Notes: generated from the letters alone by a model not told the origin. 64,000 nt of DNA from Amoebidium appalachense (GCA_963693365.1 CAVNZM010000012.1:4268409-4332408); one strand, 5' to 3'. Positions 1-40,032 are shown, counted from the first letter of the stretch. Translations and numbers: made by a program.

Positions 1-177
1 ATTGGAGTGGTTTTTTTTTTTTTTTTTTTTTTTTTTGGGGGGGGGGGAGGGGGGGGGGGAGGGGGGGAGGATTGCTACAACTTATGCCACTAAACTACTA
101 AACCTCTCTGTATTCAGGTGTTTGTTTAAGTTGTTGGGCAGATGAGTTCTTCGAAAACTGACACCTTTTCTCTTCAG

Positions 178-17434
<17,257 letters not shown>

Positions 17435-17514
17435 TTCGTTTGTAGTAGTTAATCTGGTGTTTGCAGTTCGGAGAATTTTTATTACGTAAATTTTTTATGT
17501 GGGTTGGAGCTGTG

Positions 17515-17548
<34 letters not shown>

Positions 17549-17698
17549 GGGGGGGGGGGGGGGGGGGATGTGTCGACTATTTTGGTCGTGTCACAGTGTT
17601 TAGTGACTCAATGCACTCGTTGCGGTATATTTAGGGGTGTAGGAATCAAGACTGTAACAGTTCTAGCATCAGGGGCTGCAGACTGAGAAGTTCAACGT

Positions 17699-17730
17699 TC
17701 AGTGTTTTCAACACTGACTTCGTGTGCTAG
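17699..17730 (+). mobile_element. Possible Helitron-like 3' terminus
   Basis: Hairpin TCAGTGTT-TTC-AACACTGA (17699-17717), 9 nt spacer, then CTAG|T: the canonical Helitron 3' signature. No 5' end or second copy was identified. Confidence 0.3.
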
Positions 17731-17895
17731 TCTACTAATGTTTAGCAAGAATCAGATATATATATATATATATATATATACGTGCAGCTGTGGGGGTGTA
17801 TGTACGCATAAATGGCTGCATGGTGTGATCATTATATGAAAACGGTGTGGTAGGACTACACTGTTGATAAATGAGATTCAACAGCTACTGTGCAC

Positions 17896-17927
<32 letters not shown>

Positions 17928-19008
17928 ACAACACACACACACACACACACGCACACACGCACACAGTTTACACACACACACACACACACATCGATATACA
18001 CTGATCCTCCCAGGGACGTCCTCGGAGTGAGCTTGGGTGCCATGATGCATGGCATTCAAATCATGTGTAACGGAAGCCAAGTTGCTCTCAGCAAGGCTTA
18101 ATTAGTAGCCTGGGCCCGTGACTCCCCCCGGCCCCCCTCCCGCGATGCATGCATATGTAACGTTCCCTGAGCTATTGCCGTATGCATGTGCATGGGCAAA
18201 CACGTGCACCGATTCCCAGCAATATGTGCCTGTAGCGTGCATTCACCGTGGCACTGATGACTGAGGTCTGCGGAGCCTCATGAACGGTGCCGCACACGCC
18301 ATCAGTCTGGTGATCACGTGTGCACGCATATGCATTCTCGCTCTGTATATATGGTGCCTGTAAGGGAGATCTCACTTGCACTTGCAAATGTACATTCATA
18401 TTATAAGTTGATTGGTGTTTTTTGCATTTCCACGTGATTTTTACACGTGGGCATCAGGCACGCTTCATGCAGCATACATATGTACATGTGCACACACACC
18501 GTGATGTGCATTATATGACTCCCGTCCCAGATCTGGAGGAAACGCAGACGCATGCGGAGGTTCGAGGTGATTGGATGGGCGTGGTTCGGTCGAGGGATCC
18601 CCCAAACCTCTCACGTGAAGGAGTTATATGTCATAGCACGAGTTAATTCCGAATAATTTCAAGTCTTCCTTTATCATCGGGGGAGCCAACTGGAGGTGTG
18701 TGTGTTTCAACACCAAAAAGGGCTTATAGATTTTCTGGTTGTTTTAAAAATACTAATGCTGTTAATAGTTCTTCATGCTGTTGCGAAAGTCTTATCATGA
18801 AGAGGTCTAAATAGGATGTGAGTTACGGCCCCATCACAAGATCGTCTGGGGGATTTGTTTGGAAACTCTCTTCGGCCACTCGGAACTCTTTGACCAAGAG
18901 AGGGGTAAATGCTTCGTTGCTGGCTTGTACAACGCACTTGAACAACCTTTTTTGACTAGATATGTAGATCTGGTTAGATAAATAGTCAAAAACTATCAAC
19001 AATAAACC

Positions 19009-20069
19009 GGAATGTATTTACTAAATATGTACAGAAGTCTGCTCTAGCTGGGCAACCGAATGTACTTCGATAAGATATCGACAAACTTTTAGTCCATCGC
19101 TTGGCTTTCGCATCCAAATTCAAAGGAATGTGCAAGATCTTTCGCACTCTGCTAATTGATCATATGATTGGTTGTTTACGAAGGACCTAATTGCCTGTTT
19201 GCCACCCCAAATTGGCTCGCTACTTGATAGCTATCTCAGCCCCCCTGGAAGCACTTAGAGCAAGAGGCACTTATGCCGCCTCCAGCATAATTATATTATC
19301 CCTAAATAAACATATCAATGATTTTTAAGGCTTAAAATGTTTCTATGAGAAGGAGAAATATTTGTGCTACTCAGTTCAGTGAGTCCTCCGGCCCCGGAAC
19401 GGTGGAATGTCGCCCCAACAGTTGGAATGCGGGATGGCTTTATCGTGAACTTACCGAGCAGGATCTTCCTTGTGGAAATTAAGCGTAGGAATAACCGGCA
19501 GGTTATCTCCTGAATAACAACATTATTTATTTCAATTAGTATTGCTCTGCTTCTTCCGGCTTTCCCTTTTTGTGTTGCTCCACATAGCCTACCGTGAACT
19601 CGGCGGGTCACTCTTGTGCCACGGATTGTACCCACAGACAATCGTTTCATGGACTGACACCGATTGGTGAACTGTCATGTGCTGCTAGATGCGGGACAAT
19701 CTGGTATGCATTCCAGGGATTGAGAACGGCAACAGTTGAGGCAACAAAAGGCACGAATGTAAGGCGTCATTTAACTTCTTAGAACAAGGTTTAAAACCTT
19801 TAAAGCTTTTTAGACCCTTTAAAAGAATAACAATCATGCTCGGCTCTTAAGCACATGCCAAAACGCCAGCATCAACTGGCCTGCGGCAGGTTGTGTTGCC
19901 CAAATATATAGCAAACAGATCCAAGGCCCTCAGTTCGCACATGTTGCAAGCGCACACCACCCTGTCGAATTTGCCTTTGGCACTTTTTTTTTCCCCCTGT
20001 CATGTTTTTTAACCCCTCACCTCATAGGACGAACACACGTACGGAAGTTTTCATTCAGTACCACATTCC
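19009..20069 (+). promoter_or_regulatory. Cluster of TEAD/Scalloped (MCAT, GGAATG/CATTCC) motifs upstream of the VGLL4-like gene
   Basis: GGAATG at 19009, 19125, 19404 and 19424; CATTCC at 19709 and 20064. 19702-19715 TGGTATGCATTCCA is a near-palindromic double site. A TATA-like AATATATAG lies near 19903. Confidence 0.6.
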
Positions 20070-20105
20070 TCTTTTGATTCTCTTCGCCTTCTTGAAAACG
20101 CAAAC

Positions 20106-20861
20106 ATGACCTACCAACCGCAAGTATTTGAAGAGTGGGTCCTCGAGGCCCCAGAAGAGATCACATCGCCCCTCCTTATGCTAGCTACAGTTGCGGAGCA
20201 CTTCAGGAGGATGGAAGAGTCGGCATCTAACACAAATTCTGACTCTCTCCCACACACACCCACTAGCCCACATTCGCCCACACTCCCAGGCGACAAACCA
20301 CACGGCTTCCCAAATACCGACACGAAACCTTCTTCTATTGCCGTCGAGGATCACTTTGCACAAAGCTTAAACCGGTTTGCTACCCGGGGTAATCACAACC
20401 AAGCCAAACGAACCCCATCTTCTCTACTATCCGCATCTTTTCCTTCTCTATCACCGAAAAGCGCAAGACGCCACCAACCCTATCGTGTTGCACGGCTAGC
20501 AACAACGAGCCTTGATTCTTACGAAACCCATCAAGCAACATCCCCTCCTGTGGTTGAACGTCGAAACTCAGGTCCCCATCCGATGACTACGGAGCCCGTG
20601 GTAGATGTTTCAGTTGAAGATCACTTCGCGCGAAGTCTCAAGGTAGCTAAGGGGTCAATAGCCCTACATCACAATGCCCAGTTACCAGAGCAGCGAGGCT
20701 TGGTGGGACCCATGGGAGTCCAACAGGTGGATGTGGGCCTGAACTCACATTATTCGACCAATGTTACCCCACCTCCTCACCTCCTTCACACGTATGGTTA
20801 TGGTGCTGTGCAGACGATGTCGCACCCAATTGCATATCCGCAGGGTGTGTACACAGTGTAA
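20106..20861 (+). CDS. VGLL4-like: Vestigial-like 4 / Tgi-like TEAD cofactor (Tondu/Vg motifs), intronless, 251 aa
   Basis: Clean ORF with CAAACATG start context in microsatellite-free DNA. Motifs VEDHFAQSL (20343-20369), VEDHFARSL (20613-20639) and VAEHFRRM (20190-20213) match the Tondu consensus V[D/E]xHFxx[A/S]L (VGLL4: VEEHFRRSL, VDDHFAKAL). The rest is P/S/T-rich and likely disordered. Confidence 0.8.
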   Translation: MTYQPQVFEEWVLEAPEEITSPLLMLATVAEHFRRMEESASNTNSDSLPHTPTSPHSPTLPGDKPHGFPNTDTKPSSIAVEDHFAQSLNRFATRGNHNQAKRTPSSLLSASFPSLSPKSARRHQPYRVARLATTSLDSYETHQATSPPVVERRNSGPHPMTTEPVVDVSVEDHFARSLKVAKGSIALHHNAQLPEQRGLVGPMGVQQVDVGLNSHYSTNVTPPPHLLHTYGYGAVQTMSHPIAYPQGVYTV

Positions 20862-22471
20862 TGCCTGCAGCAAGAATGCCATGCGGCGGTTTTGTCTGCC
20901 GAAGTTTAGTTCATGATTCAGTTAGTAACTATGCATTTGTAGGGGGTCATCGTTGTATGTACAGTACCCATTTGTGAATTAGTCTGCTAGAACTAAAAAA
21001 TGTTAGTATTATTTGGTGAGAGTGATATAGAACCTTAACTACTTGGCTGGTGTAGGTAAAGATCCATGTTCACCCTCGACCGTTTCTCTGAAGCTCTAGA
21101 AAACTTTCCAGGGGTGCCGCACGGCACTGTGCTCAACTGCATGTTTTTCATGAAGTTTTTCTATAAGCCGGTTGCAGCAAAATGAAAGATTATCGTACAA
21201 TGGGATAAAGGACTGCTGTGCTGGACACAGAAACGGCAGCTGTTGCGTGTACGCCAGACATGTAAATAAATACCGGTGAGATCTATGTAGTCCTGCAGGA
21301 AATGTTTTCGAGTTTTATGCCCAGCTCCATATATTCATTGTTCTGCTTGCTTTAATGGGGTTTATTGTTGACAAAATGCTCGAATTTTTTGAAGGTGCAA
21401 CTTTGGCATCTCTTACCCGTTTTCATTTGTTCTTCTTCGAATTCAGCGGCACTTGTAGTCTCCATGGCTATGTACCCACTGGCTTACGTAAATGGCTGAG
21501 CACTACTACGCCTCGGGACAAGGTATGTTGAGCCGGGCCGCAGGGAGACAGCACTCAAAGTGACTACGGCACTTGTGCCGAAGGCAAGCTGGCGACTCCC
21601 GAGGCCTAGCTAAATCTGGTTTTGCTCCGATTGGTCGATAGCGTAGATCTATTCAAATAGATCGCTGTTCATCCAATAGGAAAAATTCCGGGATTGTGGT
21701 GACGTCATATTGGAGAGGCTTCAGGTGCAGTACAGCTGAGCAGGCTGCCCCTGAAGGGGCCCCCGGGCCCCCCCCGGGCGGCCCCCCCCGGCCCCCACAC
21801 CGGGGTGTTCAGTGCCACGGCCGTGCCTCCTCCACCGTACGGGCCGCCCCTCCTTCCCGGGAGCCCGGCCCTTTCGGAAACCGGTGCAGCACATCAGGCC
21901 CATTACTGGGGCACCATGCATATGCATGCATATCATGTGAAAACTATGCCACAGTCAACACGTACAGCATGCACATGTCCAAGTGATTTTTTGTGGAATC
22001 CCTTCTGCGTGAACATGAACATCCGTACGGCTTTTATTGTGTTTCCTTTTCGTTATGTCATATCCACATACATGGCGTATATACACATAGTGGGAATGAT
22101 TAAAGAAACCCACTAAAGAAAGTTAACTCAGGAAAACATTCGTGCAGTGAACACACCAAGTACTTGAAACCATAACGGTATCATAAGCCCTCTTGGGGTT
22201 TCCGGCGCGATCGAACAACAGCGGGTAGTCCGTGCAGCCCTTATGATCACGCGTACGCCAGATTGAATTTCATCCAGTATTCATAATAAACATAATAAGC
22301 AAGCCATGCGTTACCATTCATTCACAAGTGGACTCCCGGTCATAAATTAATAAAGGCCGTTACCCCATTTTATCGGTGCCCCCGAAACTAACTGTCAACA
22401 TGCTTGAAGGCATTTAATATTGTTTCAATATAATTTAGGAAATCTAAACCCACTTCCCCTTCTTCGATATC

Positions 22472-22513
<42 letters not shown>

Positions 22514-22562
22514 AAAAAAAAAAAAAAAAAAACACACACACCAACACCAACACCAACAACAA

Positions 22563-22594
<32 letters not shown>

Positions 22595-22808
22595 AGCACA
22601 CGAACACACAGGGATACACTCACATATCTCATGTCTACATACCCTAAAAACGCACCCCTTGTCCCTCCGGCCATTGCAAGCCCCCACCTTAACCCCAAAC
22701 ACAAAACCAAACATTCCCATATCAACAACCACCCAAATCTATTAGACACATACCATCCTAGCCCCCATGCATTTTGCAACTGTTACATAAACAAATATAA
22801 ATACTCCC

Positions 22809-32974
<10,166 letters not shown>

Positions 32975-33492
32975 TTTCAACCCTCCCCTTGTGGTAGAGC
33001 GCACTAGGTGTATGTTTGGTAACTGTAAAGCGTAACTTCAACAACTCCTGGTTCATGCCGTGGAATTTCTGACGTGGAATTTCTGAGCAAAAGCCAAAGT
33101 AGCTCAAAAAACCTTCAGCAAATGTTTCGGTTACAGAGTCGATCAGGCATAATACGCTTACCCTTGCATGGAACTTCCATGCAACAGCCTTGTGTTCCCA
33201 CTACTGTGATTTCAATAGCTTTTAGCCTACACGAATATTATCTTGTTACGCTCTCAACGGTTGCTGCTTGCTGAAAGTTAGCAGAAATGCTCGCGATTTG
33301 CGTGAACGAATTACACAAGTGTTTTCCTTCCTAGCGAAACCAAACAAAATGAAAGCCACTTCTGCCGTGCTTGGCTTCTTGTTGTTGTTTAAGGAGAGTG
33401 GAATGTTACGTCATCCCACTTTGACCAATTAGATTTCTTTTCTGTGAGCCAAATAACTTAAAAAGACTATTCTGTGGATGACCTCATCAAAA

Positions 33493-33526
<34 letters not shown>

Positions 33527-33834
33527 ATGGGGCCCGGGGTGGAAGGTTAGTGTTCCAACAGTGGCTGTGGCTTAATGGAAAGAAAGGGAGATGGGAAAGT
33601 ATTAAGAGGCGCAAGAACAAAAAAACGTGGGTAAGACACACGGATGGCAAGTTTGGCAGTCGGCCGCGAGGAGCCGAGTGAAGACTCACCGGAAGAGTCT
33701 GACCCCTCACACGGAGAGGAGACTCCTTGGCCACCGCCGTTAGCAACAGACGTTTTCCTCTTTACCCCCGCCATACGGTTTGAATTGGTATCTCCCTCGA
33801 ATTTTTCTTTGTTTTTTTCTTTATATTGGCGGGG

Positions 33835-33884
<50 letters not shown>

Positions 33885-34204
33885 GTGGGGGTTGCCAATC
33901 CATGGCCACCGGTGGCTAATATCAGAGGGTGGCGGCCCAGCATGTTGGTGCATTTGCATGCAAAGTAATAGGTCTTCCTGTCTGTCTTGCTGGGCCTCGG
34001 GGAAAAAATCCTCGATGCAAGCATGCACCATGTGCCAGTGCTGACGAACCGCTTGATGCTAGAGCACACAAGCTCGAGATCATGAATGGCATCATATTCA
34101 GATCTACTTCTACCACTTCCACGCTAATATTAGTGGTCGTTTGCATCATCACGGTTGTTAGAGGCCAAAAGAGCTCTATGTGAAAGGACTGGGACGGGGC
34201 GGCC

Positions 34205-34271
<67 letters not shown>

Positions 34272-34677
34272 AAGGGTCAATAATAGTACCCTGGGGTGCA
34301 TAGAACCGGTGGCTAAGGGGTGGAGGTAGGGTTGCACAATACACTGCGTACGCATGATAGGAGTTCCATTTTTGTGCAGTGCACGACGGGGAAACATCAG
34401 GCATAATAAAGGTAGGGGGGCAGGGGAACGGTTTCCCAGATTACCCAGTCAAGCACACTGAGACCGAGACAACCAGAAGCCGGTGGGTGGGTGAGGGGGT
34501 GGGGAGGGGGGGAAGGGGGGGGGGGGGGGGGGGGGGGGGAGGGGAGGTGAACAGAAATAGAAGTAGGAACAAATGGCATCCATTCAAAAATTTATAGCTC
34601 AGTGGAGCACAGCCCCTCAACCATTCTACCATCACCTAATCCTAATCCTACACAAGCCCCACTGACCAAGCAGGTGC

Positions 34678-34736
34678 CCGTGTCTTCCGGCAGCTACACC
34701 TAGCGGTTTCATGTAGCCCCATCATACAAATCACAG
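34678..34736 (-). promoter_or_regulatory. SECIS element (form II) in the 3' UTR of the selenoprotein gene
   Basis: Minus strand reads AUGA-UGGGGCUACAUG-AAA-CCGCUAGG-UGUAGCUGCC-GGAA. It fits AUGA-N12-AA-N20-GA, has helix II GGGGCUACA/UGUAGCUGCC, an apical CC/GG mini-stem, and helix I CUGUG/CACGG. It lies ~340 nt after the stop codon. Confidence 0.85.
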
Positions 34737-35071
34737 AAAAAAGGCAACGGCAAGTCGGTGAACATGGGGGTGCTACAACACTAAGTTGCCTATAGCTATC
34801 ACACTATCTCACAAAAAAAAGGGAAGAGAGAAAAAGGGCGATATAGCAACTACAAGTTGCCCTGAATGGTTCCTGTTACACTATTCGTAAGGCGAAACCA
34901 ACAATTTAACATGCATGAATAGAGACAAACATGCACATACGAGGTAATGGTCCACTCAAGCAGAGAGCACCTTAAGACTAGTTATCACAATACTGACCAC
35001 AAAAACACGACTATACCAAAAGGCCCAGGAATCACATCATCACCTCTGTCGTCTTCGTTGCCATCCTGCCT

Positions 35072-35514
35072 TTACTTCCCCAAAAGCTTCTTGACAGCAG
35101 CCAACACCACCGAGCCCTCACAAAAGACCTCGGGCGGCTGTTCGTCCTCCTTGAACGAAAAAACAATCTCTCCCTTCTGGGAGACAACAAAAATCCCACC
35201 CGATTGCTGACCATCACCCTCCATGTTCGCAGTTGCATACTTCTTGGCATTCTCGTTGTACCAATTTGTGGCAGCAAGACTCTTCACAAAGCGCCAAAGC
35301 GTGCTCAGCATGCCCCATCTTGGCAGTTTCAAGGCCTGGAAGGACTTCGCTTCGGGGTCTAGATAGACCTCTCCAGAAAAGGGAAGGCCAGAGATGAACT
35401 GGTTTGCAAAGTAGCGGTTGCCGGTTCCGATGGCAACCAGCTTGACGCCCAACTGGTCAAGTTCAGGCTGGTGGGGAGAGAAGGGCAGCATGGTAAGTTA
35501 CAGTTGTAAAAAAA

Positions 35515-35550
<36 letters not shown>

Positions 35551-36377
35551 AACACAAGCAGACCACAACGAGAGAGAAGAAGGAATATGCTACAAGCATA
35601 CATACATACACGGGCAAGTAATAAACATGGTTGAAATCCTGGCCGCCAAATCAACAATTCCTTCAAACATATAGACACCCACCAAAAACTTGAAACAACA
35701 TTTATGAGTACCTGCACAACATGCGTATGCTGAAAAAGCTTACATACACAAGCAGGCACGAAATGTACCTGACTGAACACAAGCGTCAGGAGCGTAATGC
35801 ACAAATGCAGACACGTGATTGTCTGTTCGCATGATTGTAACACACACCTTGCAGAGTGCATAGCACACAACCCTGCAATTAATGTCTCCCTGACGGGAAC
35901 AAACCACACACTGTCGCACATAACCCAAAAAACTACATCACACACACACATCAAACAGAACAGGCCGTGCAGGAACACGAGCACAAGGACACATGGGCAC
36001 ACGGCACACAGACGGAGATTTCTCAGTGAACGCAAACCCTGCCTACTTCATCATGTAAACTGACCGTTCTCTTTTAGGAGTCAAATGCAGCTCAACAGCG
36101 TATTCAATGCCCATTACTCTCAGAAACAAGGAAAAAACGACCCGATGGCCACCCATATTCCCCTCCCCCCCCACCTCTTCCCCCTACACAAACTTCAGAA
36201 CAAGGAAAACGTGCCTACCTTGATGTCCATCAGAAGCTTGCTCTGATGGTGGCAGTAGACTCATCCAAACCTCCGCACCAAAGAAATAACCACCGGGCCA
36301 TCCTTCCACAAGTCGCCCAGTGTTACGGGCGTCTTGTCCAAGCTCTGAACCTGGACATCTTTCAAAGCTGTTGCCAT
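35072..36377 (-). CDS. Selenoprotein of the peroxiredoxin-like 2 / SelU (AhpC-TSA_2, FAM213) family, 184 aa, UxxC active site
   Basis: Exon 1 36377-36219 encodes MATALKDVQVQSLDKTPVTLGDLWKDGPVVISLVRRFG-U-VYCHHQSKLLMDIK, with TGA at 36263-36261 (codon 39). Exon 2 35467-35072 encodes PELDQLGVKLVAIG...FSGEVYLDPEAKSF...GDGQQSGGIFVV. The UGA occupies the first Cys of the family's RRxGCxxC motif, and a SECIS is present. Confidence 0.9.
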
Positions 36378-36480
36378 ATTTCACTTGTGTACTTTTCTTC
36401 TTTCTCTCCCTTTACATTTGTCTTCTCTCAGGCGTCCCCTTTTCCTACCGTTCAGTGCCAAGACTGTTGAAGGGGCCAGT

Positions 36481-36486
36481 TTTATA
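36481..36486 (-). promoter_or_regulatory. TATA box of the selenoprotein gene
   Basis: TATAAA on the minus strand ~105 bp upstream of the ATG, with an adjacent ACGTCACGTG (CRE/E-box-like) element near 36507. Confidence 0.45.
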
Positions 36487-37776
36487 TGATGCGGGCGGAA
36501 AGGGTTACGTCACGTGTGAGGCCTCCCTAACCACCTAGACCACCAAGATCGAACATTTGCCCCCCCTTTTTTCGGGTAGATTTATTCAACGGAGACTCTC
36601 GTCGAAGAGATAGATATTACGGTATGAAAATAAGCTAATCCGCCAGTTGTAATTTAGTTAGCAGTAATAGCAGCTGTTTATTTTACAGAATAATTACAAA
36701 TTGTTATTTTTTGTTAAATATAGCAACCAAACAGAATTATTGTTTTCATTTACAGAAGCTTGAATGATACCATATAACTCATATTTATGTGGTATCCATG
36801 AATACAAACATGATCTGCAAATTTGCAATATCAACGACACCGCCATCTCTGGGGATTTCCGTCGTTGATCAATCTGATTGGCTCCAGTTCACGGGTATTC
36901 TTCTGATTGGTCAGTTGAAAACATGAGCCACAACGGCTCCGGCTCATGATCATCATTCATCAAACAACACCTTGCCTTGTTCATTTTCACACAAAAACAA
37001 AACGTCAAAAAGATTTCAACTTGGGTGGAGATGAAAGAATGCGTATAGATGGGCGGACTCTTGGATGTATCGAGCTCAACTTGGAAGTTGCCACAAAGAA
37101 TTTTTATTTTAAGTCGCACAATATAAACAACAGATGTGAAACTTCATGTTTAAAAGCGCATGTGCAGATGTAGCTGATAGAGGGCGTGGACAACTGCTAC
37201 ATAACTAGCCCGTTTTAGAGCCTTACTAAGTTGATCTTTTGTAGTTGGGGTGCAACCATGCAGCTGCAGAATTCAAGAAGCAAAGTCAAGGCAAAATATG
37301 GAAGATTATTTTTAGTATTAGCTGGGGCGTACCGACGACCGTCGGTTTGCCAAGATGAAGTACACGTGCCATCACTTGGCTATTAATATACAACATATTT
37401 GTCCTGTTTGACACGCAAACACGTGTATACACGCGCGCGCGCAGCATGCACAAGCACAAGCACACGTGTGCACACCGCACATGCCACAATCGCGCGCGTC
37501 GCCTCCAGGGGCACATGTAAAAACATGCACACGCACAAGCGCTTCATACGTGCACCAACGGACACGCACGGTGTCTAGCACATCCGGTGTCACTCACACC
37601 CCGTTACACGGACTTCAGAAAAACTCGCGCACACACACGCACACGCCACACGCATTTTTTTAAGCCACCTTCATGATCGCTGCATGGTACACAACCACAC
37701 ATCAACACCACTGACACACGCATGCATGCCTGCCTGCAAGCCCGCACTTTCTCAAAGCGCCGGTGTACCCAAACAC

Positions 37777-37841
<65 letters not shown>

Positions 37842-39462
37842 GTCACATACGAATACATGCACATGCACACTGTAAGGCAACTCTTTTTTTGAGATCATAC
37901 ACACGGTGATACCACAAGCATGTAGAAAGGTTTCATAATTTTGCATGCATTCACCGTTGAACACACCATACGAACGGGCACAGGCGCACACAGACACTGC
38001 ACAGGCACACTTGCCCCATATGCACCATGCCACCCATATCATAACTGCAATACACCACAGCTCGGGTTAAAACAAAAAAGAAAAGAAAAGAAAAAAAAGA
38101 AAATTCAAAGTAGCCGAAAATAAAAACAAATTAAGACAGAAAAAGGAAGGTTGCTAATCGCAACTGTCACCGGAATCAGGCCGTGAACTTCACACTTAAT
38201 TGTTAACACACGAACCTTTCTTCCTCCCATCACACACGCACGCACACGCACGCGCGCACGCACACTCACACACACACACACACACACGTACGCACGCACG
38301 CACGCACACACACAGACAGACACACACACACGTACGCACGCACGCACACACACACAGACAGACACACACACACGTACAAGTACACATACACACGCAAAAA
38401 CACACACGTTCACACACGCACACCTCATACCCACCACCTGTTGCCTCTGAAGCTCGTATATTTGGCTCATACTCAGGTCTGCAGCCTATCACCAGACCGA
38501 CACCACCTGTACAGAATTCAACCCCATTATACCGACCTACTACACACACAGACGCAGAGAATGGCAATTTGGGGCCCAACTTCCAATCAGTTATCATTGC
38601 ATGAAACAATCGAGATATAACGGTGATATGCATATATATGTTCAGATATGCAGGGACCAGACAACAATACCATTAATAGCATGATCATATGATAACAAAG
38701 AAACCGACTAGTAGTACCGATATTATTGAGGCATAATATGATAAAGTGACGCGCGTCATGCAAAACGTGATATCATAGTAACATGTCCTCGATTTCACTG
38801 TAAGCATACATCCCTTCCCTTTTCCAAGCATACAGACGCGCACAGAACCAAAGAAGAGGCTATATGCCATGGCATAAAAATGTCTTGAACACCACATACT
38901 AGTGGTACCTTCACACCAAAAAGTTGCAGTGAAAGAGAAGAAAAATACTCTTGTGAAGAAAGAACTGTCGAGAAGCAGTATAAATAAATTCAAAGAATGT
39001 TGTCAGTCGTGTGCACTCAAAACAGAGTCTCTGTCTGCAAAGCTCGCACCCCTGCACACGGTTACATTGTACAACGAGATAATAAAAAAGCGGGTGCTCA
39101 AAACATTTACGCGCTCTTCACCCATTCATGGTCCATATGGTCGCCATATTCACCGAATAGTCAAAACTGCAAGACAGAAAAAAAAAAAGAAAAAAAAAGC
39201 TAAAAAGGAAAAACAAAAAGGCACGACCACAGATTGGAAGCCGGTCGTGCCCCATTCATCCACATCCCTTCATACCGGTGCAAAAAAGCCCACACAGGCA
39301 TACACACAAACACACATGTACCCTTGGCCGGAAAAGCCTTGGCCTTAGTAGGTGTTGATGTGTTTGGGCTGCATGTGTGAAGTCTTACGTGCATAATGTC
39401 ACACACTGTGACACACACATACACACACACACACAGACACACATAGTTGGCAGGGTACATGC

Positions 39463-39861
39463 CTATGTTTGCACCGGCTGAGATGCAGACACGTGCAGCT
39501 TCATCTTTGCCAGTGCCGCTGCCCTTCGCACAGACATGCGCACCGATTTGGCCGGCTCTTTTCCCTTGGACGTTTGCAATCCTGCTGCAAAGGAGAGGAA
39601 GGCGTTAGAACTGCGCAATACGCAAAAACAAGTTCTATTTCACTAGAGAGAGGAGGAGGGGGAGGGGGGGGGGGGGGGGGGGGGGGGTCAATCTACGAAG
39701 CAGAAATCCATACAATATGAAAGTATCAGTTCACACCAAAACGGCCACCTAAGTGAAAATCAGAAGAATGACGGACGGACAACTCAAGGGGAAAAGGGTT
39801 GGCGGTAAACAGCAGAGAGGCATTTTTTTTAGACGACGAGGGGGGGGGAGGGGAGAGGGGG

Positions 39862-39898
<37 letters not shown>

Positions 39899-39994
39899 AA
39901 ATGGATTAAATTGTGCTCGAGACCCCACAAGCATGGATGTTCATGCTTCACTACTTGACCGGACATTCACTGAACATAACATGGAGAAGGAGGG

Positions 39995-40032
<38 letters not shown>

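Noticed and set aside
18780-18960. RNase MRP/P-like or Pol III RNA (GAAAGTC...TTTTTT)
   Set aside because: The P4 pairing and conserved regions could not be matched convincingly.
34098-34153. C/D box snoRNA-like segment on the minus strand (GTGATGA...CTGA)
   Set aside because: Only ~55 nt, no clear terminal stem and no convincing guide immediately upstream of the D box.
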